A program made the translations under genes and the position numbers. The notes under the pieces were generated by a model, which was not told the origin of the DNA, made no database searches, and was given only the letters and a program-made list of their open reading frames with translations. Positions 15,792 through 24,238 of a stretch of 32,000 nucleotides of DNA are shown in pieces. Each line of letters opens with the position of its first letter. The stretch's first letter is position 1. This DNA comes from Candidatus Methanophagaceae archaeon GoMg2. Its GTDB lineage: Archaea; Halobacteriota; Syntropharchaeia; Alkanophagales; Methanospirareceae. The DNA lies in assembly GCA_013180585.1 (NCBI GenBank), contig QBUM01000250.1, forward strand, positions 1 to 32,000, written 5' to 3'.

Positions 15792-17435
15792 TTATCTACG
15801 TCTTCCTATCATACCTCTTATTGCAACCAGACTCAGCAGTCCAATCAAAGCTGCGATACCTACCGGCATAAGCACTGGTAGCTCTGGAACCCCTCTGATC
15901 TTTGTTATCGCCGACCGATCTATAGGCTCTGTCTCATCGGTAGTCAGGATAGCGGTATTGTTTATGACTGTTCCAGCAGGCACAAAAGCATTTATTTTGG
16001 CTTTAAACGTTGCATCTCCGCCTACTCCGGATGCCAACGTGCCTATATCCCATATCAGCGTGTTATTCACAGGATAATAGGTTCCCGCGTCATCATCCGC
16101 TGCGTCGGTTAGATCAACGCCGTTTAAGCCCATGCTTTCTGATATGTAAGTGGTGTTCGCTGGTATCGTATCATGTATCGTAGCGTTCGTAAGCGTTCCG
16201 GCTCCGATATTGTTATAGTGTATCCGGTAACTGAGCGTGTCATTGGAAGAAGCAAAGCTCTTATCAACCGTCTTATACGCAGATAGTTCAAAACTCGGTA
16301 ACACTAAAACCGTCGTATTCACAGAGGCGTTTTTCGGTTCTGTTTCATTTGTGTCTATCGTGGCGGTATTGGTTATTAACGTATTATTTGTGAGATAATC
16401 GTGAACCGTTACATCGAACGATTGCGTTCCCTCTGCTCCAATCAACAAGTTGCCTATGTTCCAGACGATTCTGCCCACATCTACTTTTCCACCACCGGAT
16501 ATGCTTCCATCAACTAAAGTGGTATCTGTGGGAATCGGGTCGGTTAAAATGACTTCTGTAAGGTCTTCGTTATCATCGTTCCTATAGGTTATTGTATAGC
16601 TTAGCACGTCACTACAGTTGCATGTTGGTTTACTGACGTTCTTAGTGATGCTGACATGTGGTTTTAATTCCCTTTGCATCTTCTCTTTTATTGCTTCAGG
16701 GAAAGCCTCCCAATTTGGAGCTTCCATGTAAAACCCGGAATGATTAGCTGGTTTTAGCGAATAATTCAACTTAACCAAGAATTCACGGTTATATGGCTGC
16801 GCGGGTGGGTGAGCTTCATCAATGACATCAACACCGAGAACGTTCACTTCGTCAAAATAGCCTTTAAATATCGCATCATCCCTCGCTTCATATGTTGCAT
16901 CTACGGCCGGTTGGTATTCTTCCCTATTTCCACCACATATCCAATTTGGTCGCCCATCTGTTGATATATCTATTATTTGCCTAACATTCGGAGAGGTATT
17001 TCCTCTTGTGACGTAATCCGTTAAGGTTTCGTTCGCTAATGTGAATGCTCTTGGCATTGGGGTATGATCCCCGGGCTGCGGCATAGCCAATATGGTGTCA
17101 GCGATGGAATCGGCAACGGTCTGGTTTGTGATTGTTGTAAGGGGCACTTCCACATTAGCGTAATATGGTGGGGAACGTGGCCCCTTAATACGGTTAGGGG
17201 GGAAATACCCAAACATGATTACACAAACTGAGATATCACCATTTTGTGGAGTTACCGATGAGTTTGATATAGCATCAGCGTATCCGTTCAATTGTATAGA
17301 ATAGTTCGCAGGGCTAATGCTATTGGACCCATCCAGTATCAAGAACAAATCCACCTTTTCCGCTGCGCTCACTCCTGTCAATGCAAAAGCAGAAATCACT
17401 AAAATCGCTGCAATAAATATTCCTCTTCCTTTCAT
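15792..17435 (-). CDS. Surface glycoprotein: signal peptide, vWA (MIDAS) domain, 2 DUF11 repeats, non-PGF C-terminal sorting signal
   Basis: Signal MKGRGIFIAAILVISAFALTGVSAAE; vWA motifs LILDGSNS and IIDISTDG; DUF11-like SYTITYRNDDNEDLTEVILTDPIP and SYRIHYNNIGAGTLTNATIHDTIP; about 18 N-x-S/T sequons; tail GVPELPVLMPVGIAALIGLLSLVAIRGMIGRRR. Confidence 0.8.
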   Translation of the reverse strand: MKGRGIFIAAILVISAFALTGVSAAEKVDLFLILDGSNSISPANYSIQLNGYADAISNSSVTPQNGDISVCVIMFGYFPPNRIKGPRSPPYYANVEVPLTTITNQTVADSIADTILAMPQPGDHTPMPRAFTLANETLTDYVTRGNTSPNVRQIIDISTDGRPNWICGGNREEYQPAVDATYEARDDAIFKGYFDEVNVLGVDVIDEAHPPAQPYNREFLVKLNYSLKPANHSGFYMEAPNWEAFPEAIKEKMQRELKPHVSITKNVSKPTCNCSDVLSYTITYRNDDNEDLTEVILTDPIPTDTTLVDGSISGGGKVDVGRIVWNIGNLLIGAEGTQSFDVTVHDYLTNNTLITNTATIDTNETEPKNASVNTTVLVLPSFELSAYKTVDKSFASSNDTLSYRIHYNNIGAGTLTNATIHDTIPANTTYISESMGLNGVDLTDAADDDAGTYYPVNNTLIWDIGTLASGVGGDATFKAKINAFVPAGTVINNTAILTTDETEPIDRSAITKIRGVPELPVLMPVGIAALIGLLSLVAIRGMIGRRR

Positions 17436-17575
17436 TTCATCCTCCTTTTTCTGTGTTGTTTCTATATGGTAATAACAGGTTGTTTTATCCCATTATATGC
17501 TTTTCGGGTACATTTCCGGTGGAGATAGCAGGTGTTGGCAAAACAGGTGCGGAACTAGTAAAAATGAATTATAAT

Positions 17576-17736
17576 TTGTATTTGTATAGCTAGGGGTAAA
17601 ACCACGAGATTTCACGAGATTAGCACAAGATTTTGGGGGTTAACATGGGATAAAAAAGCCAATAGTGCACTTAAGCCGGATCCAGAGTATTATCTTCTCG
17701 TGGAAATCTGTGTAATCGGCGGTTAGCTAAGCAAAC
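17576..17736 (+). mobile_element. Family-A MITE-like element, alpha subtype (A2)
   Basis: Collinear with 12018-12178 with few mismatches (..ggggtaaaaccacgagatttcacgagattagcacaaga...ggttagctaagcaaaca). Confidence 0.65.
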
Positions 17737-17823
17737 ACCATGATTTTAATGTCTAAAAACGAGGGAAACGTCCTTTAGTTACTCTTTCTTTTCTAAAGAA
17801 GCGCGTGATTTAAAAAAAGGTAA

Positions 17824-17983
17824 TTGTTTAGCTAACCACAAGATTACACAGATTTTCACGAGAATAGAAGGGCAGTAACCAGATTTTAGTATACCATAGA
17901 CCACATTATCCCACCGTAATCCCTATTTCTTGTGTTAATCTTGTGGAATCTCGTGGTTTTAAAAATTCGCTATACAAATACAA
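17824..17983 (-). mobile_element. Family-A MITE-like element, beta subtype (A3)
   Basis: ttgtttagctaaccacaagattacacagattttcacgagaatagaagg...cttgtgttaatcttgtggaatctcgtggttttaaaaattcgctatacaaatac. About 90% identical by eye to the reverse complement of 26023-26180. Confidence 0.65.
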
Positions 17984-18014
17984 AAAAAGAAAAAAAGAAA
18001 ATTGGTTATTCGTT

Positions 18015-18740
18015 TCAGCCCTTCCTTCTCCACCGCACTAAATACGCGACTGCGATTACCCCCGCAATAAAGAAAACGGCTTCAAATCCAGGGGTTGACG
18101 GCTTTGTCGTTGTACTTGGCGTTGGCTCTAGTGTTTCTGTAGGGGTTGTTGTCGGTGTTGGCGTTGCCTCATGTGTAGCCTCGGGACTCGCTGTTGGTGT
18201 AATTGTCTCATTTACCGCTGCTGGTGTAGCCGTTGCATTTGATGATGCTTCTACTTCGCTACTTTCGCTCGCTACGCCATTGCCTGAAATTGTTGCTGTT
18301 ACTACGGTTCTAGGTTCCACAAAAGTTACCTCCGTTAAATTCCATCCGCCACTACGACACCTTACGTGAATCCCTGCAACTCCCGTTTCATTTCCCGATA
18401 GTAGCGCGATTGCTGTGCCATTGTCATCTGTGATTACGTTAATACTGGAGCCGGTATTGCTTTCATTTCCCGCATCGGTAAGCCAAGCAGATGCCCCCTC
18501 CATTATAGACATAATCACCGTCTCATTCTCCGCAGGTTCACCACTATGTTCAGTTTCTTCCGGCCACCGAACCACCACTTTTATCTCTGACGTGGAATTG
18601 CCATCGGCAGGTATTTCAGCGGGATTCGCACTAATTGTCACCCAGTCACTCGCTCTGTCCGCTCCCGTCCCCTGCGCCCCTGCAAGAGCAGGAAGTGCAA
18701 ATAAAACTACTGCTAAAATTGCCCATATTCTTATTGTCAT
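18015..18740 (-). CDS. PGF-CTERM-anchored surface protein with an Ig-like (Big_1-type) domain and a Thr/Pro linker
   Basis: Signal MTIRIWAILAVVLFALPALAGA; WVTISANPAEIPADGNSTSEIKVVV; linker TPTPTTTPTETLEPTPSTTTKPST; terminal PGFEAVFFIAGVIAVAYLVRWRRKG. Confidence 0.85.
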   Translation of the reverse strand: MTIRIWAILAVVLFALPALAGAQGTGADRASDWVTISANPAEIPADGNSTSEIKVVVRWPEETEHSGEPAENETVIMSIMEGASAWLTDAGNESNTGSSINVITDDNGTAIALLSGNETGVAGIHVRCRSGGWNLTEVTFVEPRTVVTATISGNGVASESSEVEASSNATATPAAVNETITPTASPEATHEATPTPTTTPTETLEPTPSTTTKPSTPGFEAVFFIAGVIAVAYLVRWRRKG

Positions 18741-18815
18741 CTTTTATAATACCTCCTATTTAACTGTTCACAACGCAAAATAAAAATCTTTCGCTTTTTA
18801 TCTAATCCTTCTTAT

Positions 18816-18856
18816 AAAAAAAATAAAGAAGGAGGGATAAGGTTTTATCCTTATCC
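18816..18856 (-). terminator. Hairpin plus oligo-T terminator candidate after the 1553-aa gene
   Basis: On the minus strand, ggataagg-ataaaa-ccttatcc (perfect 8-bp stem) lies ~26 nt after the stop and is followed by ctccttctttatttttttt. Confidence 0.5.
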
Positions 18857-18881
18857 ACCTACACTAAAGTTTGTCGTTTGT

Positions 18882-21800
18882 TTACGATACTTTGTATGTC
18901 CAGTATGCTTTTCCGGGTTCGAGTTCTTCGCCTGGTGGTCCTGGTATCAACGACATGAAGTCGTATGGATATGGGTATCCGTTCCTGTATTTCAGAATCA
19001 CTGCACTTAGCGGTATATCCTTACCATCCATGCGTAAACTCTCGTTGCCTATACCTATCAGGTTCCAGCCCGTACCTGAATTGTCGTAAATCTCTTGCCA
19101 CGTTAGTGATACACCAGTTCCGTATACTGTAATCTCCTTCGGCGCCCATGGGTTGTACACGTAGTAGCCCTTGCCACCCTCTACTTCACTTGCTTCTGAC
19201 CAGCCCGTTGTTGCATTATAGCTCCATACTTCCACGTCACGACCGAAGATAGCTTCCGTGTTTTTATTGTCTGGTATTACTGGCAGTGATACGTAGTTCT
19301 GTCCCACATCAAGCGGGACGATGAATGGTTTTTTTCCCGGCTCAAATATGGGTATCTCTGGGTCCTTGTTCATGTAGATGCCTGTGCCATCCTCTGGGTT
19401 GTACGTGAATGCGAACCTATCTCTCGCCGGGTATGACTGACCACGGTTCAGGTCGCCTTTTGCATTCGGTGCAAAGAACGAAGTCGTGATTATGTAACAT
19501 CCCGGTTGTGCATTGTTCACCATATCAAACCGTATATCAGGCTCGAATGTGAGCTGATATTCGCCGCCCACGTAAACCTCTGGGTTCAACGAAGGTATCT
19601 CAGGCAGTAGGAATCTGGTGTACTCGTCTGGTATCGTCTGTATATCGAACTTAGTCCATGACTCGATAAGACCACTCTCGTTCAGTATCTCTAGCAAGTT
19701 AGTCGAATATCTCGGCTCTGGCTTTTCATCTTTCCAGCAGAACTCCAACGGATCCAGATCCTCTATGATTCGCTCGTCAACGTCGTTTGCAATCCAGTGT
19801 TCGGTGTCAAAGACCGTGAATCTACCAGGCAGCGGCATTGGTATTCCGCATTCGCAACACTGCCAGCCATTTGGCACTGCTACATTTACGTCTCCCGGAT
19901 AGAACGGACCTCCATAGTCACTCCATAACTGCCAATCTGATGGTATACTTGTAGTCATATCTCCGTCTGTATCAATCGGCACTGCACGGAAGAATCTCAA
20001 CCATGCTGCCGGTGGATACTGCATTGTCAGGTAGCGTTCTCCACATGGGAAGTACTCTGTACCTGCTTTTCCGGTATCTCTATCGCCATAAGGCCACTTG
20101 TCCAGTAGTTTCAATGGTTGCCACAGTACCACATCGGTATCGTCCACGAGTTCGTGATCCATGTTCATCGGTGGAAGCACTGGTAGTGCCAATAGCGGAT
20201 AGCAAGGTTTAACTTTCGTGAGCCATTGCGAGTCTGCACATGGCAGATAATGTTGTCTCAGTGTGTATTCGCCATCGTCAAGATACTTCGGAAGTGGTGT
20301 TCTCAATGTTATGTACTTGAACTTCTCACAATCATATCTGTTCCCATCGTTGTCCAGAACCTCTATTGCAGGTATCTCGTATCGCACTCCGTCCACGTAG
20401 AAGATGTCTCCTCTCTGTAATTCTTTACCCACTGTGATCAGTGCCTTATCTCCAGAAAATCGTCCTTCGTAGTTAGCATACCATGTTCTATCTGGATGCT
20501 TTTTTGTTGTTTCGAAACTATGTCTATCGAAGTACTTTCTTTCATTAGTTTTCAAATAGTTTTGTACACCATCTTCTGGTTCGGAATTACCGTAGTACGA
20601 TATGAACACCATCGGATAGCTATCAGATATGTCATATCCATCGAATAGCAGACTGTGGTCAAGGAATTGCACTTCATCGCCTTCCTCCATGATGTACGTC
20701 TTCTCTATACTTATTGTTCCGTTTGTTGTTTTCGGTAGTAACCCGTCCATGTCCGATGGGTCGCAAGATATGTTTGCGAGTCTTACAAGGTTAGTCCTTT
20801 TAGACTCGGCACCTGGGTTCTCAAAAGAATCAAGTCCTATCTGATCCGTTGTTGGATCTGATACGATTGGGAATGGGAACCAACTGCCTACATCTGCATG
20901 ATGTGGTTTCTTGTCCTGCGAATCAATAAGCATATAAGTTGTCTCGATAACTATTGCTGGTGCTAACCCAATCATCTCATGCCAGCCATAGAACTCGTAC
21001 TCGGGCACATACCATACTCTTAAGTACTCCTTCAGGTCACTGTTTTCATCCTGTGCATTTGTTGGATACTCTGGGCTGTGTCGTAGTATCGCTGCATCAA
21101 AGGTGATCGAATCCTTTCTTATCGCAGTCGGATTGAAAGGCTCTTCCCAGCTCACGTATTGCTCGATATTGCAGCTATTGTTAATTCCAAACGTGCTATC
21201 ACTACCATTACCGTATATCTTCACTGTGCCTTTCTTTAGCTCTTCATCATAGTACACATAGATGTCATTACCGTCCTCTCCGTCCTTCTGATCGTATGAG
21301 AACGCGACTCTCTGTTCAGTGGGATCTCCACCTCTTTTGTTGTCGTACAAATCTCCTGTTGCTTGCGGTGCAATCCACGAAGTCGTGATGATGTAATCAC
21401 CATCAAGTTCGACCGGCCAGCCACCATCTCTAGGTATTGTATAATAGTCTGGTAGTTCAGGTAGCACGAACATTGTGTACTGGTCTGGTAGAGACTGAAC
21501 ATCGAATTTCGTCCATGACTCTGTTATTAGTCCTCCTGCCTCTTCTCTTATCTTCTCTATGGTTTTATCCACGATGATCTCAGAATTTTCTGCAAATATG
21601 TAGAAACCTGGTGGAATATTCCATGGTTGTGGGTTTGCCAAGCTCTTCAAAAAGTCTTCATCAATCGAGTCCGCAGATTCTCCTAGCCCGAAAACGTTTA
21701 TTACATCAAGTCCCGCATCCAATGAAGCATTTCTCGCTTCCATCGTTGCATCAGCATCTCCGCTTGGTATGCCTCCATCACTGGATATATCAAGTATTTG

Positions 21801-23543
21801 CAGTCTTGCACTGGCATCTGGATTTTCTTCTATGAGTGTTTTTATTTTGTCGAATGCTGCAATCATGTTGGTGCCGCCATCTATTGCGTCCATCGCCCGT
21901 ATCTGTGTCGCAACACTGTTGACTGTGTCAGGTGTTATTGTAGTAAGTGGTACTTCTACCTTGGCAACGTCCGAAAACTGAATCACACACACAGAGACAG
22001 TGCCATCCTGAGGTATTTCGTATATCGCCGAAGCTAAACCTTCTTTCTGCAAATCAAAGTATCCGTGCATAGCCAGGTTTTGTGATGAATCAACAACAAG
22101 GAATAAATCCTTTTGCTCTTTACCTTTCCAGTCTTCTCGCAGCTTCTCCAGTAAATTCGTTGAATATCGCTCTTCTACTTGCTCTTCGATGTATATAACC
22201 TCTAATGGGTCTATGTTATCAATTACTCGCATCTCAACATCGTATGCGATCCAATCGCCCTCGCTGTCTGTAAGTTCTGTACCATCATAATCCTGCCTTG
22301 TCCAGTCTCTTTCTTCTGTAGCATCTGTCCACAACGGTATGTCTATGTCATCAACCATGTCATGGTTCATGTTAAACGGCGGAAGCAGCGGTATTAACTC
22401 TGATTGCGCGATACACTCTATAAACTGTGTAGATACTATGCTCTCATCACGAACAGAATCATCGCCCTTCGGCAGCTTCGTCCTCAGCGTTAGGAACTTG
22501 AAAGCATCCGCTTCACCATCTAGCGGTTGTAATGTATCAAGCACTGCGACTGCCGTTACATCGTATCTTACTGCATCAACGTAGAACACATCGCCCCAGT
22601 TTAGCTCCTTACCGACGTAGATAAGAGGTCCATCCCGGCGTACATACCATGTCCTCATCGGAGTTGTTGTGTCTTCACCGTGATTCGGACTGGGATGCTC
22701 ATTGTTATGACGGTCAAAGTATATTGTTTGTTGAGGACCTATACTGATCCAGCCTTTTTCTGCATCGTCCAGTTTATTTCCTGTATACCCCACTTTTATA
22801 ACGTAGTCATCAGTTTCTTCATTGACCGTGGTGAGTTCCACATAGTGATCGAAGAACCGCACAGTAGATCCTACAACCGGAGTAAATTGCTTCTCGAGAG
22901 TAATGTTTCCCTTTACAGTTGTACCGTCTGGATCTACAATTCCACTAACACTTGCAAGCGTGGTTATGTTGTCAACATTTGTTCCGCTCTTCCATGCACC
23001 GAGTCCCGTCTGTGTATCAATCTCACATGTTGGTACTAAAAATTGTGTCTTTGGTGCTGTGCCCGTTATTGGTAGATACAAAGTGTCCATCAGCATGTAA
23101 GTGTATTCCATGTTTATCGTGGGATGTGTGTCATTCTTTCTCGGACCATTGTACTGACCACAGGGCTCGTACCATGACCTCAAGAATATCTTCTCACGGG
23201 CGTTCTCTGGACTGCCGATCGCATTACCTACTAATACACGATAATACGGTTCCCCTTCTTCGTGGCTCTCTTCAATAATCGCTGGATTGTACGTGATCGA
23301 ATCTTTTGGTATTACTGTCGGGTCAAATGGGTCTTCAAAATTGATATATCGCTCTGGTGCATTCCCATGTGGTTGCACGTCACCGTATATCCTTACCGAA
23401 GAAGCAGGTTCTTCCTCTGGAGGAAACCCCCCATTCGTTCCTGCCATACTGGTAGGCGCGACCATAGCAAATATCGAAGCGACCATTATCGCCGCCATTG
23501 CTATCCCTACTATCACTTTTCCTTCTCTTACTTTTGTTTTCAT
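18882..23543 (-). CDS. Giant secreted protein (1553 aa): two tandem copies of an uncharacterised ~650-aa module, a vWA domain inserted in copy 1, and a distinct C-terminal beta-rich domain
   Basis: Single uninterrupted track ORF; signal peptide MKTKVREGKVIVGIAMAAIMVASIFAMVAPTSMAG; SD aggagg. The internal duplication and vWA motifs are detailed in the findings. Confidence 0.9.
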   Translation of the reverse strand: MKTKVREGKVIVGIAMAAIMVASIFAMVAPTSMAGTNGGFPPEEEPASSVRIYGDVQPHGNAPERYINFEDPFDPTVIPKDSITYNPAIIEESHEEGEPYYRVLVGNAIGSPENAREKIFLRSWYEPCGQYNGPRKNDTHPTINMEYTYMLMDTLYLPITGTAPKTQFLVPTCEIDTQTGLGAWKSGTNVDNITTLASVSGIVDPDGTTVKGNITLEKQFTPVVGSTVRFFDHYVELTTVNEETDDYVIKVGYTGNKLDDAEKGWISIGPQQTIYFDRHNNEHPSPNHGEDTTTPMRTWYVRRDGPLIYVGKELNWGDVFYVDAVRYDVTAVAVLDTLQPLDGEADAFKFLTLRTKLPKGDDSVRDESIVSTQFIECIAQSELIPLLPPFNMNHDMVDDIDIPLWTDATEERDWTRQDYDGTELTDSEGDWIAYDVEMRVIDNIDPLEVIYIEEQVEERYSTNLLEKLREDWKGKEQKDLFLVVDSSQNLAMHGYFDLQKEGLASAIYEIPQDGTVSVCVIQFSDVAKVEVPLTTITPDTVNSVATQIRAMDAIDGGTNMIAAFDKIKTLIEENPDASARLQILDISSDGGIPSGDADATMEARNASLDAGLDVINVFGLGESADSIDEDFLKSLANPQPWNIPPGFYIFAENSEIIVDKTIEKIREEAGGLITESWTKFDVQSLPDQYTMFVLPELPDYYTIPRDGGWPVELDGDYIITTSWIAPQATGDLYDNKRGGDPTEQRVAFSYDQKDGEDGNDIYVYYDEELKKGTVKIYGNGSDSTFGINNSCNIEQYVSWEEPFNPTAIRKDSITFDAAILRHSPEYPTNAQDENSDLKEYLRVWYVPEYEFYGWHEMIGLAPAIVIETTYMLIDSQDKKPHHADVGSWFPFPIVSDPTTDQIGLDSFENPGAESKRTNLVRLANISCDPSDMDGLLPKTTNGTISIEKTYIMEEGDEVQFLDHSLLFDGYDISDSYPMVFISYYGNSEPEDGVQNYLKTNERKYFDRHSFETTKKHPDRTWYANYEGRFSGDKALITVGKELQRGDIFYVDGVRYEIPAIEVLDNDGNRYDCEKFKYITLRTPLPKYLDDGEYTLRQHYLPCADSQWLTKVKPCYPLLALPVLPPMNMDHELVDDTDVVLWQPLKLLDKWPYGDRDTGKAGTEYFPCGERYLTMQYPPAAWLRFFRAVPIDTDGDMTTSIPSDWQLWSDYGGPFYPGDVNVAVPNGWQCCECGIPMPLPGRFTVFDTEHWIANDVDERIIEDLDPLEFCWKDEKPEPRYSTNLLEILNESGLIESWTKFDIQTIPDEYTRFLLPEIPSLNPEVYVGGEYQLTFEPDIRFDMVNNAQPGCYIITTSFFAPNAKGDLNRGQSYPARDRFAFTYNPEDGTGIYMNKDPEIPIFEPGKKPFIVPLDVGQNYVSLPVIPDNKNTEAIFGRDVEVWSYNATTGWSEASEVEGGKGYYVYNPWAPKEITVYGTGVSLTWQEIYDNSGTGWNLIGIGNESLRMDGKDIPLSAVILKYRNGYPYPYDFMSLIPGPPGEELEPGKAYWTYKVS

Positions 23544-23586
23544 GTTCTTTTTATTTACCTCCTGTGATACAGGTGGGAAGTTTGAG

Positions 23587-23595
23587 TATATAAAA
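23587..23595 (-). promoter_or_regulatory. TATA-box candidate for the 1553-aa gene
   Basis: The minus strand reads gcttttatatactc about 45 nt upstream of the ATG. SD aggagg lies at 23558-23563. Confidence 0.4.
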
Positions 23596-23740
23596 GCATA
23601 TGTCGAAAACAGGTGTATTTCTCCTCTGCCTGATCAACATTTAAATAGGGTACATTTCGTGTCGAGAAAATGTGGCCAAATGTGTGGAGGGGAAATGCAG
23701 GGGAAGCTGGGGAAAAGTGGGGATACTCTAACAAATGGTA

Positions 23741-23818
23741 GTTGTATAGCAGGGGTAAATAAACCACGCGATTCCACGAGAATCACACAAGGATTTTTGG
23801 GGTTAACCAGGGATTAAA
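23741..23818 (+). mobile_element. Family-A element, alpha subtype, left half only (A4)
   Basis: gttgtatagcaggggtaaataaaccacgcgattccacgagaatcacacaaggatttttggggttaaccagggatt aligns to the first ~80 bp of A1 and A2, then homology stops. Confidence 0.55.
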
Positions 23819-24009
23819 CCGTAACTTCGACCATTTTTAGGAATATGTTTTTGTGTGATGGTTTTAGATGTCTTTTTTCGTGTATTCATTGCTTTTCCTT
23901 ACTTATCCTTATTTGTGTGGATATTACTAATTTTGGTAATATGAAAGGTGGGAACAATAAAAAACGAAAAACGCAGAAGTACCCCCAAAATCAAAAAAAC
24001 TACGGGAAA

Positions 24010-24064
24010 AACTAGAACACAAACTAACTGAAGAACCTATTACGAAAAGAGGTTAAAGTTACAG
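24010..24064. repeat. Family-B repeat, copy 2
   Basis: The same 55-bp string as window positions 1-55. Confidence 0.8.
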
Positions 24065-24110
24065 ATTAAAGAGTCAATAAAGTGCTTACGCCTGAAATAT
24101 TTTATTGCCT

Positions 24111-24238
24111 TTCCACGAGAATAGAAGGACAGTAACCAGATTTTAGTATACCATCGGTCACATTACCCCACATTAATCCCAATTTCTTGTGTTAATCTTG
24201 TGGAATCTCGTGGTTTTAAAAATTCGCTATACAAATAC
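24111..24238 (-). mobile_element. Family-A element, beta subtype, lacking its distal terminus (A5)
   Basis: ccacgagaatagaaggacagtaaccagattttagtatacc...cttgtgttaatcttgtggaatctcgtggttttaaaaattcgctatacaaatac. Collinear with 17855-17983. Confidence 0.6.

Noticed and set aside
17932-18369. ORFs 17932..18369 and 24189..24560, both starting MLILWNLVVLKIRYTNT
   Set aside because: The identical N-termini are encoded by the terminal part of beta-type family-A repeats. The remainder is antisense to the PGF-CTERM gene, or intergenic and overlapping the 3' end of the DAC gene. These are artefacts of the repeat, not paralogous genes.
18871-23817. Many 60-176-aa ORFs on the plus strand opposite the 1553-aa gene
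   Set aside because: All are antisense to one long uninterrupted ORF that has clear domain content. They have low-complexity composition and no signals of their own.
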